Origin: Candidatus Nomurabacteria bacterium | Lineage (GTDB): Bacteria; Patescibacteriota; Minisyncoccia; Phycocordibacterales; UBA9973 | Assembly (NCBI GenBank): GCA_003155695.1 | Contig: PMDZ01000008.1 | Location: forward strand, 105,362-159,584 | Direction of reading: 5' to 3' | DNA length: 54,223 bases | In this document: positions 28,407 through 36,586 of the stretch, one piece after another | Layout: each line of letters begins with the position of its first letter | How positions within the stretch are numbered: the stretch's first letter is position 1 | Position numbers and translations under genes: made by a program | Notes under the pieces: model-generated | Told to the model about the DNA's origin: nothing | The model's input: only the letters and a program-made list of their open reading frames with translations | The model's database searches: none

Positions 28407-29573
28407 ATGAAAATACTGGCAATAGAAACATCCTGCGACGACACCGGAATATGCATATTGGAAGTCAAAAAATCGGGCAAAAGCGATATTTTCAAAATTT
28501 TGGCCAATAATACAAATTCCCAAGTAAAAATTCATAGAGAATATGGGGGTGTTTTTCCGGCGCTAGCCAAAAGAGAACATCAGAAAAATTTGCCAATCCT
28601 ATTTGAAAAAACACTCAAAGTAGCAAAAACGAAAATAGAAAAAATAGAATTAATAGCCGTGACCTCCGGACCAGGGCTTGAGCCAGCTCTTTGGACCGGA
28701 ATAGTTTTTGCGAAAGAACTTTCAGAAAAATATAATATCCCCGTTATTCCCGTGAACCACATGGAAGGACATATATTTTCAATTTTTCCGAAAAATAGTA
28801 AGACTTTTAAAATTAATTCTTCTGAAAAAATATTTCCGATGCTTTCACTTTTGGTTTCTGGAGGTCATACTGAACTAATACTGGTTAAAGATTGGCAGAA
28901 ATATAAAAAAATTGGGCAGACTAGAGACGATGCCTCAGGTGAAGCTTTCGATAAAGTTGCCAGAATGCTTGGATTGCCTTACCCCGGTGGACCGGAAATT
29001 TCAAAGCTAGCTAATATCGAGCGAGAAAATAGTGCTTTGGGGAGACTTGGGAGCGCGACGGCGCGAGCACGAGGAATTTTTCAGCAGAAAAATATCCGTG
29101 CTCCCCAAAGCACTATTTCAAGCGAGATAACTTTACCCCGCCCGATGATGTATTCGAAAGATTTTGATTTTTCTTTTTCTGGTCTAAAAACGGCAGTACT
29201 TTATCTTATAAGGGATTTAAAAGAAAAGAATCCAAATATTTTGGAAGAAAATAATACAAAACAAAAAATTGCCAGAGAATTCGAGGATGCAATAGTAGAA
29301 ACTCTTGTTTACAAAACCATAAAAGCCATAAAAGAATACAAAATAAAAACACTCATTGTTGGTGGTGGAGTTTCGGCAAATACTTATTTGCAAGAAGTGA
29401 TGAAAAAAGAAATAAAAAGTAATATGCTTAAAACTAAAGTTCACTTCCCTACAAAAAGCCTCACCGGTGACAATGCCATCATGATAGCCATTGCAGGATA
29501 TTTCCAATATAAAAATAAAAAAGTGAAAAAAAATCTCGACTCAATTAAAGCCAAAGGAAATTTATCTTTATAA
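28407..29573 (+). CDS. tsaD: tRNA N6-adenosine threonylcarbamoyltransferase
   Basis: LAIETSCDDT, HMEGH, VSGGHT, GEAFDKVAR, SFSGLKT, DNAIMI. Confidence 0.96.
   Translation: MKILAIETSCDDTGICILEVKKSGKSDIFKILANNTNSQVKIHREYGGVFPALAKREHQKNLPILFEKTLKVAKTKIEKIELIAVTSGPGLEPALWTGIVFAKELSEKYNIPVIPVNHMEGHIFSIFPKNSKTFKINSSEKIFPMLSLLVSGGHTELILVKDWQKYKKIGQTRDDASGEAFDKVARMLGLPYPGGPEISKLANIERENSALGRLGSATARARGIFQQKNIRAPQSTISSEITLPRPMMYSKDFDFSFSGLKTAVLYLIRDLKEKNPNILEENNTKQKIAREFEDAIVETLVYKTIKAIKEYKIKTLIVGGGVSANTYLQEVMKKEIKSNMLKTKVHFPTKSLTGDNAIMIAIAGYFQYKNKKVKKNLDSIKAKGNLSL
29027..29118. repeat. 92-nt composite hairpin lying in frame within tsaD
   Basis: 18-bp perfect arms AAATAGTGCTTTGGGGAG/CTCCCCAAAGCACTATTT enclosing internal hairpins. 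Confidence 0.88.
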
Positions 29574-29595
29574 TAAAATATGCTATATTTTATAT

Positions 29596-31803
29596 ATGAG
29601 AGACGACGAACCAGTTATTGATCCAAAACTATTAAAGCCCTACAACCCAAAAGATACCGAGGACCGTATTTATAAATTATGGGAAGATAGCGGTTTTTTT
29701 AATCCCGATGTTTGTATTGAAAAAGGAACAATTAAAGAAGACGCCGAGCCTTTTACCTTGATAATGCCCCCAACCAATGCCAACGGGTCTCTTCACGCTG
29801 GGCACGGGCTTGTCATGGCTATTGAGGACTTAATTGTTCGCTACAAAAGAATGCGCGGTTTCAAAACTCTTTGGCTCCCGGGCCTTGACCATGCCGGTTT
29901 TGAAACACAGGTTGTCTATGAAAGAAAATTGGAGAAGGAAGGACGGACTCGATTCGGTATGGATAAGAATGAACTTTACAAAGAAATTCTTGATTTTACA
30001 TTACATAATTCTAAAAATATTAATGGCCAAGTCAGAAAAATGGGGTCATCGTGTGATTGGTCGCGGGAAAAATTTACGCTCGACGATAATGTCGTAAAAA
30101 CCGTCTATCAAACATTCAAGAAACTTTATGACGATGAATTAGTTTATAGAGGAAATAGAATAGTATCTTGGTGCACCAAACATCAAACTTCTTTTTCCGA
30201 TTTGGAAATAAAAGATGAAGAAAGAGTTGAACCATATTATTATTTGAAATATGGACCATTTGTAATTTCTACTTCACGCCCCGAAACAAAATTTGGCGAT
30301 AAATATGTCGTCATGCATCCGAGTGATGAAAGATATAAAGAATATAAAGACGGACAGAAAATTGACCTTGAATGGATAAATGGGCCAATTACTGCAACTA
30401 TTATTAAAGATGAATCTATTGATATGGAATTCGGTACTGGTGTCATGACCATTACTCCTTGGCACGATAGCGTTGACTTCGAAATCGCTGAAAGGCGTGG
30501 ACTGGAAAAAGAACAGATAATCGACGAGAACGGAAAACTTTTACCGATTGCTGGAGAATTTACCGAAATGAATATTAAAAAGGCTCGCCCTTTGATAATT
30601 GAAAAATTACAAAGTAAGGGATTGGTGGAAAAAATAGATGAAAATTACAAACACGTGGTCAGGACTTGCTACAAATGCGGAACTATCCTTGAACCGCAAA
30701 TAAAAAATCAATGGTTTATTAAGATGAAGCCACTGGCTGAAAAGGCTTTAGAAATTATTCAAAACGACAAAATAAAATATATTCCCGAACATTATAAAAA
30801 AATCACAGTTCATTGGCTTCTTAATATTATGGATTGGAATATATCAAGACAAATTGTTTGGGGTATTCCAATTCCCGCGAAGATTTGTGTTAAATGTGGA
30901 AACGGAATGGTAGATTTGGAAAACAAAATTTCAAAATGTGAAAAATGTAAAGGTGAAGTAAAACAAGACCCGGATACTTTTGATACATGGTTTTCGTCTG
31001 GCCAATGGCCGTTTGCTACTCTTGGATATCCAGATAATAAAGATTTTAAGACTTACTATCCAACGGACGTTATGGAGACAGCTGGGGAAATCATCTTTTT
31101 TTGGGTATCAAGAATGATTATGCTTGGACTTTACGTTACAGGTAAAATACCATTCAAAACAGTATACTTGCATGGTTTAGTTTTAGACGCAAAAGGACAA
31201 AAAATGAGTAAGAGCAAGGGCAATGTTATTGACCCATTAATTTTAACCGATAAGTACGGAACTGATGCTTTTAGAATAGGGTTAATAATTGGTAACACTC
31301 CCGGGACATCGCTCTCCCTTTCCGAAGACAAAATCCGGGCCTATAAAAATTATGCTAACAAACTTTGGAATATTACACGGTTTGTTTTAAGTAATATAGA
31401 CGAAGTTGAGTATGAAGAAGATTTTGATAATTATTCCAAAAAGGATAAAGAATTATTAAAAGAACAAGATAAACTGATAGAAGAAATAACAAAAGAAATG
31501 GACGAATATAAATTCTATATTGTCGGGGAAAAAATATATCAATACACTTGGTCGCGCTTTGCCGATGTTATATTGGAAGAAAGTAAAAAAATATTTGCTT
31601 CCACATCGGAAAAGGAAATTATATCCAGAAAACAATTCTTGCTTCATACCCTAGATAAGATTTTAAAAATTCTCCATCCTTTTATGCCGTTTGTGACAGA
31701 AGAAATATGGCAAACGATGAAAAAAGGTTCTAGTTTATTAATGGTGGAAAAGTGGCCTGCCTCGACTGACGCGAGTCAAGGCGGGCCAATTCAAAATGAC
31801 TGA
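29596..31803 (+). CDS. valS: Valine--tRNA ligase (short form)
   Basis: HAGH, GLDHAG, WNISRQ, DTWFSS, KMSKS; lacks the C-terminal coiled-coil arm. Confidence 0.95.
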   Translation: MRDDEPVIDPKLLKPYNPKDTEDRIYKLWEDSGFFNPDVCIEKGTIKEDAEPFTLIMPPTNANGSLHAGHGLVMAIEDLIVRYKRMRGFKTLWLPGLDHAGFETQVVYERKLEKEGRTRFGMDKNELYKEILDFTLHNSKNINGQVRKMGSSCDWSREKFTLDDNVVKTVYQTFKKLYDDELVYRGNRIVSWCTKHQTSFSDLEIKDEERVEPYYYLKYGPFVISTSRPETKFGDKYVVMHPSDERYKEYKDGQKIDLEWINGPITATIIKDESIDMEFGTGVMTITPWHDSVDFEIAERRGLEKEQIIDENGKLLPIAGEFTEMNIKKARPLIIEKLQSKGLVEKIDENYKHVVRTCYKCGTILEPQIKNQWFIKMKPLAEKALEIIQNDKIKYIPEHYKKITVHWLLNIMDWNISRQIVWGIPIPAKICVKCGNGMVDLENKISKCEKCKGEVKQDPDTFDTWFSSGQWPFATLGYPDNKDFKTYYPTDVMETAGEIIFFWVSRMIMLGLYVTGKIPFKTVYLHGLVLDAKGQKMSKSKGNVIDPLILTDKYGTDAFRIGLIIGNTPGTSLSLSEDKIRAYKNYANKLWNITRFVLSNIDEVEYEEDFDNYSKKDKELLKEQDKLIEEITKEMDEYKFYIVGEKIYQYTWSRFADVILEESKKIFASTSEKEIISRKQFLLHTLDKILKILHPFMPFVTEEIWQTMKKGSSLLMVEKWPASTDASQGGPIQND
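31754..31787 (+). repeat. Palindromic element at the 3' end of valS
   Basis: GGCCTGCC-TCGACT-GACGCG-AGTCAA-GGCGGGCC; encodes PASTDASQGGP. Confidence 0.75.
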
Positions 31804-32500
31804 ATTACTAACCAACCCAAAAATATTATTATTCGCTATCTTAAGTGGCGCAGTCCCGGCGATTTTTTGGCTCTGGTTTTGGCTTAAAGAAGAAAATTCA
31901 GAAGACCCCGAACCAATAAGTCTCATTATTATGTCTTTTGTACTTGGAGGGTTGCTTGTCTTTTTCGCTGTTTGGCTTGAAAAATATTCACTTAACTTTA
32001 TTCAAGATAAAACAGTTCAAACCGTAGTCTGGGCAATTATTGAGGAACTTCTCAAGTTTTTGGGGATAGCGATTATTATTTTTGGAAATAGAAATGTCAA
32101 CAGGCCTATTGACTACCCGATGTATTTTATCGCCACAGCGTTGGGATTCGCAGCACTGGAAAACTTTCTCTACCTGCTAAATCCATTCAGTACAAGTGGA
32201 ACAATCGTCGGAATGCTTACCGGAAATTTGAGATTCCTTGGTTCTACACTCCTTCATGCCATGTCAAGCGCAATGATAGGTAGCGCCCTTGGATTATCTT
32301 TCTATCTGAAGCAATACCGGGCTATATACCTTTTGTGTGGAATAATATGTGCTATAATCTTGCATAGTGTCTTTAATTTTTTTATAATGGAAGGAAGTGG
32401 CGAGAATTTCCTTTCTGTTTTCGGATTTTTATGGGTCGTCACCATTATCAACATACTCATATTCGAGAAATTAAAACGTATGGGTAAACATCTAGCCTAA
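31796..32500 (+). CDS. PrsW family intramembrane protease
   Basis: EELLK, GFAALEN, LLHA, LHSVFN. Confidence 0.9.
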   Translation: MTELLTNPKILLFAILSGAVPAIFWLWFWLKEENSEDPEPISLIIMSFVLGGLLVFFAVWLEKYSLNFIQDKTVQTVVWAIIEELLKFLGIAIIIFGNRNVNRPIDYPMYFIATALGFAALENFLYLLNPFSTSGTIVGMLTGNLRFLGSTLLHAMSSAMIGSALGLSFYLKQYRAIYLLCGIICAIILHSVFNFFIMEGSGENFLSVFGFLWVVTIINILIFEKLKRMGKHLA

Positions 32501-32513
32501 TTAAATAAATAAT

Positions 32514-33026
32514 ATGTTAAAAAAGAAATCATTTTTAGAACGTCTTACCGGTAGTATTCGATTTGAAGATAATGACGAAAATGAGGAAGAATCCCCTTCC
32601 CCAGAATTAAACAGAAAAATGAATATTCCTGTTAAAAATAGTTCCAATGGAAAAGAATTAAATTTGTCTAAAGAGCAAAAGTGGGAAGAAGAAGTGGATG
32701 CGGAGCTGACCGTAGACGTTTATCAGACACCAACAGACATCATTGTCCAGACAATGGTTGCCGGAGTTCAGCCTGATAACCTTACCATTTCTATTACTCG
32801 CGATATGATTACAATCCGTGGCAAGCGTGAAGAGAATCAAGCTATCGACAAAGACAATTTCTTCGTTCAAGAACTATACTGGGGTTCATTTTCTAGGACT
32901 ATCTCCTTACCGGAAGAAGTTGACCCTGAGGAAGCCGAAGCAATAGAGAAACACGGATTACTGATTATAAAACTTCCTAAACTAGATAAAAATAGAGAGA
33001 CAAAATTAAAAATCAAATCAATATAA
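32514..33026 (+). CDS. Hsp20/alpha-crystallin small heat-shock protein
   Basis: VDVYQT, ITIRGKR, ELYWGSFSRTISLP, GLLIIKLPK. Confidence 0.92.
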   Translation: MLKKKSFLERLTGSIRFEDNDENEEESPSPELNRKMNIPVKNSSNGKELNLSKEQKWEEEVDAELTVDVYQTPTDIIVQTMVAGVQPDNLTISITRDMITIRGKREENQAIDKDNFFVQELYWGSFSRTISLPEEVDPEEAEAIEKHGLLIIKLPKLDKNRETKLKIKSI

Positions 33027-33075
33027 GCACAAAATTAAAAAACTCCATTACAATGGAGTTTTTTAATTTTGTGCT
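33026..33075. terminator. Long perfect hairpin between hsp20 and tRNA-Phe (probable bidirectional terminator)
   Basis: 24-bp arms at 33026-33049 and 33052-33075, including the last four tRNA bases. Confidence 0.8.
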
Positions 33076-33144
33076 CAGACCCAGACTTGAACTGGGGACA
33101 TCTCCCTCTTCAGGGGAGCGCTCTACCAACTGAGCTATCTGAGC
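33072..33144 (-). tRNA. tRNA-Phe(GAA)
   Basis: GCTCAGA/TCTGAGC acceptor, CTCCC-CTGAAGA-GGGAG anticodon arm, TTCAAGT T loop. Confidence 0.96.
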
Positions 33145-33149
33145 ATTAT

Positions 33150-33446
33150 TTATTCTTTAAACGACTTCAATAAATCTTGCATATTTGCCTGCCCATCCTG
33201 AAGATTTTTTGTGATATCAACATTACTTATACCCGAAACTCTTCCAGTATATATGTTCAACAAATTACCCAAATATGGCTTAATAAAATAAAAAGCTCCA
33301 ACTGTAATCCCGATAATTAAAAACCAATAAAAAATACGCGTAATTTGTGACCAACGTTGTACACTTCGAATCTTGATAAGTAATTCATTATTTTCTTTGG
33401 ATAACTTTAAGTTTTCTTCCAATAAATGTTTTACCTCAGGATCCAT
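33150..33446 (-). CDS. Hypothetical single-TM protein
   Basis: 98-aa ORF with a coiled N-terminus and one TM helix; TGcTATATT box 7 nt upstream. Confidence 0.75.
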   Translation of the reverse strand: MDPEVKHLLEENLKLSKENNELLIKIRSVQRWSQITRIFYWFLIIGITVGAFYFIKPYLGNLLNIYTGRVSGISNVDITKNLQDGQANMQDLLKSFKE

Positions 33447-33483
33447 ATGAAAGAATATAGCATATTATCTCATAAAATAAAAG

Positions 33484-33555
33484 TGTCCCCGGCCAGAATT
33501 GAACTGACATCAGACCCTTAGGACGGGTCTGTTCTATCCGTTGAACTACGGGGAC
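33484..33555 (-). tRNA. tRNA-Arg(CCT)
   Basis: GTCCCCG/CGGGGAC acceptor, GACCC-GTCCTAA-GGGTC anticodon arm, TTCAATT T loop. Confidence 0.94.
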
Positions 33556-33560
33556 AAACA

Positions 33561-33586
33561 TAAAAGCACCACTCTCGGTGCTTTTA
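33561..33586. terminator. Terminator after the glutaredoxin gene
   Basis: TAAAAGCACC-ACTCTC-GGTGCTTTTA. Confidence 0.7.
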
Positions 33587-33611
33587 TAATACGTCATTAT
33601 GGTGAAAAATA

Positions 33612-33851
33612 CTACTCTTTAATTCCCAAAAGTTCCATGATTTTTGGCTTGTTAAAACCAACGACTAATTTATCGTCAATGATTATAACCGGAACTCCCA
33701 TTTGACCGCTTTTTTCTATCATTTCTTTTCTTTTATCAAGATTTATCGAAACGTCAAAATCTTCATATGTAACACCCTTGGACGTAAAATAATCCTTTGC
33801 CATGTGGCAAAAATGACATGTTGGCGTGCTGTAAATTGTTGCTTTGTTCAT
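33612..33851 (-). CDS. Glutaredoxin-like protein (NrdH/YruB type)
   Basis: YSTPTCHFC, SGQMGVPVI, VGFN. Confidence 0.92.
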   Translation of the reverse strand: MNKATIYSTPTCHFCHMAKDYFTSKGVTYEDFDVSINLDKRKEMIEKSGQMGVPVIIIDDKLVVGFNKPKIMELLGIKE

Positions 33852-33936
33852 AATATATTTCGATTAACTAATAATCCCTTACTTTTATATTATATCATAG
33901 TCGTCAAGTTTATCACTCTTGACAGAATTAATGAAT

Positions 33937-34079
33937 ACGGGAATCTCGCCCTACGGTCGCGGGTGCTTTTCCTCCTCGCCTCGCTCGTATGGAAAAACCT
34001 TTCGCTTCCCGCACGCGAGCAAAGTAGTTTGCTCGCTTACCCGCACAAAAAAACATTAAAATGTTTTTTTGTGCGGGTA
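33937..34079. repeat. GC-rich composite palindromic element abutting the tRNA-Gly 3' end
   Basis: 20-bp inverted repeat 34038-34057/34060-34079; GCGAGCAAA/TTTGCTCGC hairpin 34015-34036; tRNA T-arm-like segments. Confidence 0.8.
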
Positions 34080-34142
34080 GCGGGAATCGAACCCGCGTCT
34101 CAACCTTGGGAAGGTCGCATGCTACCACTGTACCATACCTGC
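34072..34142 (-). tRNA. tRNA-Gly(CCC)
   Basis: GCAGGTA/TACCCGC acceptor with an A-C mismatch, CGACC-TTCCCAA-GGTTG anticodon arm, GCGGG-TTCGATT-CCCGC T arm. Confidence 0.93.
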
Positions 34143-34146
34143 ATTT

Positions 34147-34521
34147 TTACTTTTTAAATATTCCTTTAATCCAATTCCAAAAACCATGGCCGGTATTTTG
34201 TGTTGTTGAAGAATTATTATTTCCTTCATTAACTATTGTTACCATTTTTTCACCTTGTTTAACAACTGGATATTTTTCTCTAAGTACTTCTTCTTTACCT
34301 TCATCAGTATTTAATTTTGCTATTTCTTCTAAAAGAGAAGCTTCTTTCTTTTCTTGTATATCTTTTTGATCTAAAGCGAGATTCTTTTGCTGCCTGGTTT
34401 CTACATCTTTCTTGACCAAATCTATAATTTTATATCCAAAAAAAACCAAAAGGCAAAATAGAATTATAAGGGCAAGTGGTGAATGCCAGAATTTGTAGTT
34501 ACTTTTCTTGAATTTCATCAT
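34147..34521 (-). CDS. Septum formation initiator family protein (FtsB/DivIC-like)
   Basis: TM helix plus coiled coil, EEVLREKYPVVKQGE. Confidence 0.8.
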   Translation of the reverse strand: MMKFKKSNYKFWHSPLALIILFCLLVFFGYKIIDLVKKDVETRQQKNLALDQKDIQEKKEASLLEEIAKLNTDEGKEEVLREKYPVVKQGEKMVTIVNEGNNNSSTTQNTGHGFWNWIKGIFKK

Positions 34522-34542
34522 AAATAATGCTAGTATTATAGC

Positions 34543-34656
34543 ATGATTTTCAATTCAAAGAACAAGAAAAAGATGGAGAGGATTTTCGCAATACTTTCAA
34601 TCCTTGTCATCATAAGTATGGTTTTGCTCTATATGCCGGGCTTTCTCAGGAAATAG
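34543..34656 (+). CDS. 37-aa single-TM small protein (not in the ORF track)
   Basis: MIFNSKNKKKMERIFAILSILVIISMVLLYMPGFLRK; TGcTAGTAT box 6 nt upstream; fills the gap up to the lepA stop. Confidence 0.6.
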   Translation: MIFNSKNKKKMERIFAILSILVIISMVLLYMPGFLRK

Positions 34657-34658
34657 AA

Positions 34659-36530
34659 TTAGTTATTGGCACCTCTAATCATTTTCAAAAAGACATCATG
34701 CGAGATGTTTATTTTGGCGTTGGCCTGCATTCGCTTCTTTCCTCTTTTCTGCTTCTCAAGCAATTTCTTTTTACGGCTGACATCTCCCCCACCAACAACT
34801 TTACTTCCATGCATCAGGACATCCTTACGAAAGGCCGATACCGATTCCGATGAAATAATTCTCCCGAGAGCCCTGCCTTGAATTTTGAAAGCAAACTGTT
34901 GCCTTGGAATAATATCTTTTAACCTTTCAACTTGAGCCTTGGCTTCATCAGCCACTTTACGGCGCGATACAACTCGACAAAAAGCCGCCATTGGCTCATC
35001 GGCAACTATTATATCGAGTCGAACAACATCGGCCTCGCGGTACTCACCTATTTCATACGAAATAGAAGAATATCCCGATGTGATACTTTTCATATCATCG
35101 AAAAAGTTACGCATCAGCTCCCGTAGTGGCATCTCAAGGTCGATTGCCGACCGATTATCACCAAAATTATCTGTGCCTTTAACTTCGGCTTCGTGGTCGT
35201 AAAGAAATGGCATGAGAGAACTTATGTATGCGGACGGGGTGATAATTTTGACATTAACCCAAGGCTCAAAAACTTTGACAATATTCCCGTCATCAGGGAA
35301 AAGATGAGGTGAATATATGGTTTCCTCCTTGCCGTTTCGAAGTAATACTTTATAAGTAATAGACGGCATGGTCACAATCAATTGCAAATTAAATTCGCGA
35401 CTCAATCGCTCGGTAATAATTTCCAAATGGAGCATTCCCAAAAATCCGCATCGATAACCCCGACCAAGCGAACCGGAACTTTCTTCTTCGTATGAAAAAG
35501 ATGAGTCGGATAATCGCAAACGCCCCAGAGCCTGTTTCAAACTTGGAAAATCATCCTGGCTTTCCGGGTAAACGGAAGCCCAAACTACTGGTCGAGGATT
35601 CAGATATCCAGGGAGGGCACGCATCGGCTTCTTAAGAAAAGTAATCGTATCTCCAACTGAAGCGATTCCCGGCTTTTTAATGCCAGTGATAATGTAACCG
35701 ATTTCTCCACTTTGAAGTAATGCTCGCGGTTCCTCTTCCGGAGAAAATGTTCCGACTTCAAGCGAGATAAATTTTTCTTCCGAGACAGCAAATAAAAGTG
35801 ATTCACCTTTTTCAAATTCCCCATCAAATACTCGGACATAGACAATTACTCCTCGGTGATTGTCATATTTAAAATCAAAAACTAGAGCCCGCCCGCTATT
35901 TGATGAAAGTGTTAAATCTTTTTCAACATTCGGACATGGAATCTTTTTCACTATTTCCTCAAGCAATTCAACTACTCCTTCCCCGGTTTTCCCCGAGACG
36001 AGCATTATCGTATCTGGGTCGATATCAAGGAGTAACGCGACTTCCATTTTGGTTTCTTCAATTCGAGCTAGTGGTGAATCAATCTTTGACAAAACTGGTA
36101 TGATAACAAGCCCAGAATCGCGAGCCATTTGAAGCGTCGTCAGCGTTTGTGCTTGAACCCCTTGAGTCGCGTCAACGAGCAATATTGAGCCTTCTACAGC
36201 CTTTAAAGCTCGTGAGACTTCATATGAGAAGTCGATGTGACCAGGAGTGTCAATTAAATTTAGAATATATTTTTGGGGCTTTGAATTTTCATTATTAATT
36301 AGTAATTGGTCTTTAGTAATTATTGACTGATATTCCATTCTAACCGGTTGCATTTTGATGGTAATCCCCCGTTCCCTTTCCAGCTCCATCGAATCCAGAA
36401 CTTGTTCTTTCATTTTTCGTTTCTCGATTGTCCCGGTTATTTCCAACATTCGGTCAGCCAAAGTGCTCTTGCCGTGATCAATATGAGCAATAATCGAAAA
36501 ATTCCGAATCAATTTAATATGGTCATCCAT
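34659..36530 (-). CDS. lepA: Elongation factor 4
   Basis: IRNFSIIAHIDHGKSTLADR, LIDTPGHIDF, GFLGMLH, KKLLEKQKRGK. Confidence 0.97.
   Translation of the reverse strand: MDDHIKLIRNFSIIAHIDHGKSTLADRMLEITGTIEKRKMKEQVLDSMELERERGITIKMQPVRMEYQSIITKDQLLINNENSKPQKYILNLIDTPGHIDFSYEVSRALKAVEGSILLVDATQGVQAQTLTTLQMARDSGLVIIPVLSKIDSPLARIEETKMEVALLLDIDPDTIMLVSGKTGEGVVELLEEIVKKIPCPNVEKDLTLSSNSGRALVFDFKYDNHRGVIVYVRVFDGEFEKGESLLFAVSEEKFISLEVGTFSPEEEPRALLQSGEIGYIITGIKKPGIASVGDTITFLKKPMRALPGYLNPRPVVWASVYPESQDDFPSLKQALGRLRLSDSSFSYEEESSGSLGRGYRCGFLGMLHLEIITERLSREFNLQLIVTMPSITYKVLLRNGKEETIYSPHLFPDDGNIVKVFEPWVNVKIITPSAYISSLMPFLYDHEAEVKGTDNFGDNRSAIDLEMPLRELMRNFFDDMKSITSGYSSISYEIGEYREADVVRLDIIVADEPMAAFCRVVSRRKVADEAKAQVERLKDIIPRQQFAFKIQGRALGRIISSESVSAFRKDVLMHGSKVVGGGDVSRKKKLLEKQKRGKKRMQANAKINISHDVFLKMIRGANN
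36289..36330 (-). repeat. Degenerate heptamer repeat in frame within lepA
   Basis: GTCAATA-ATTACTA-AAGACCA-ATTACTA-ATTAATA-ATG; encodes QSIITKDQLLINNE. Confidence 0.5.
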
Positions 36531-36586
36531 AGTATAAGTTTATACTAGCAAAAAAAGCCTTAAAATAAAAGCAGAATAAATATAGA

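Noticed and set aside
33702-34369. ORFs 33702-34157, 33928-34128 and 34061-34369
   Set aside because: They overlap tRNA-Gly and the palindromic element and are open only because of locally high GC.
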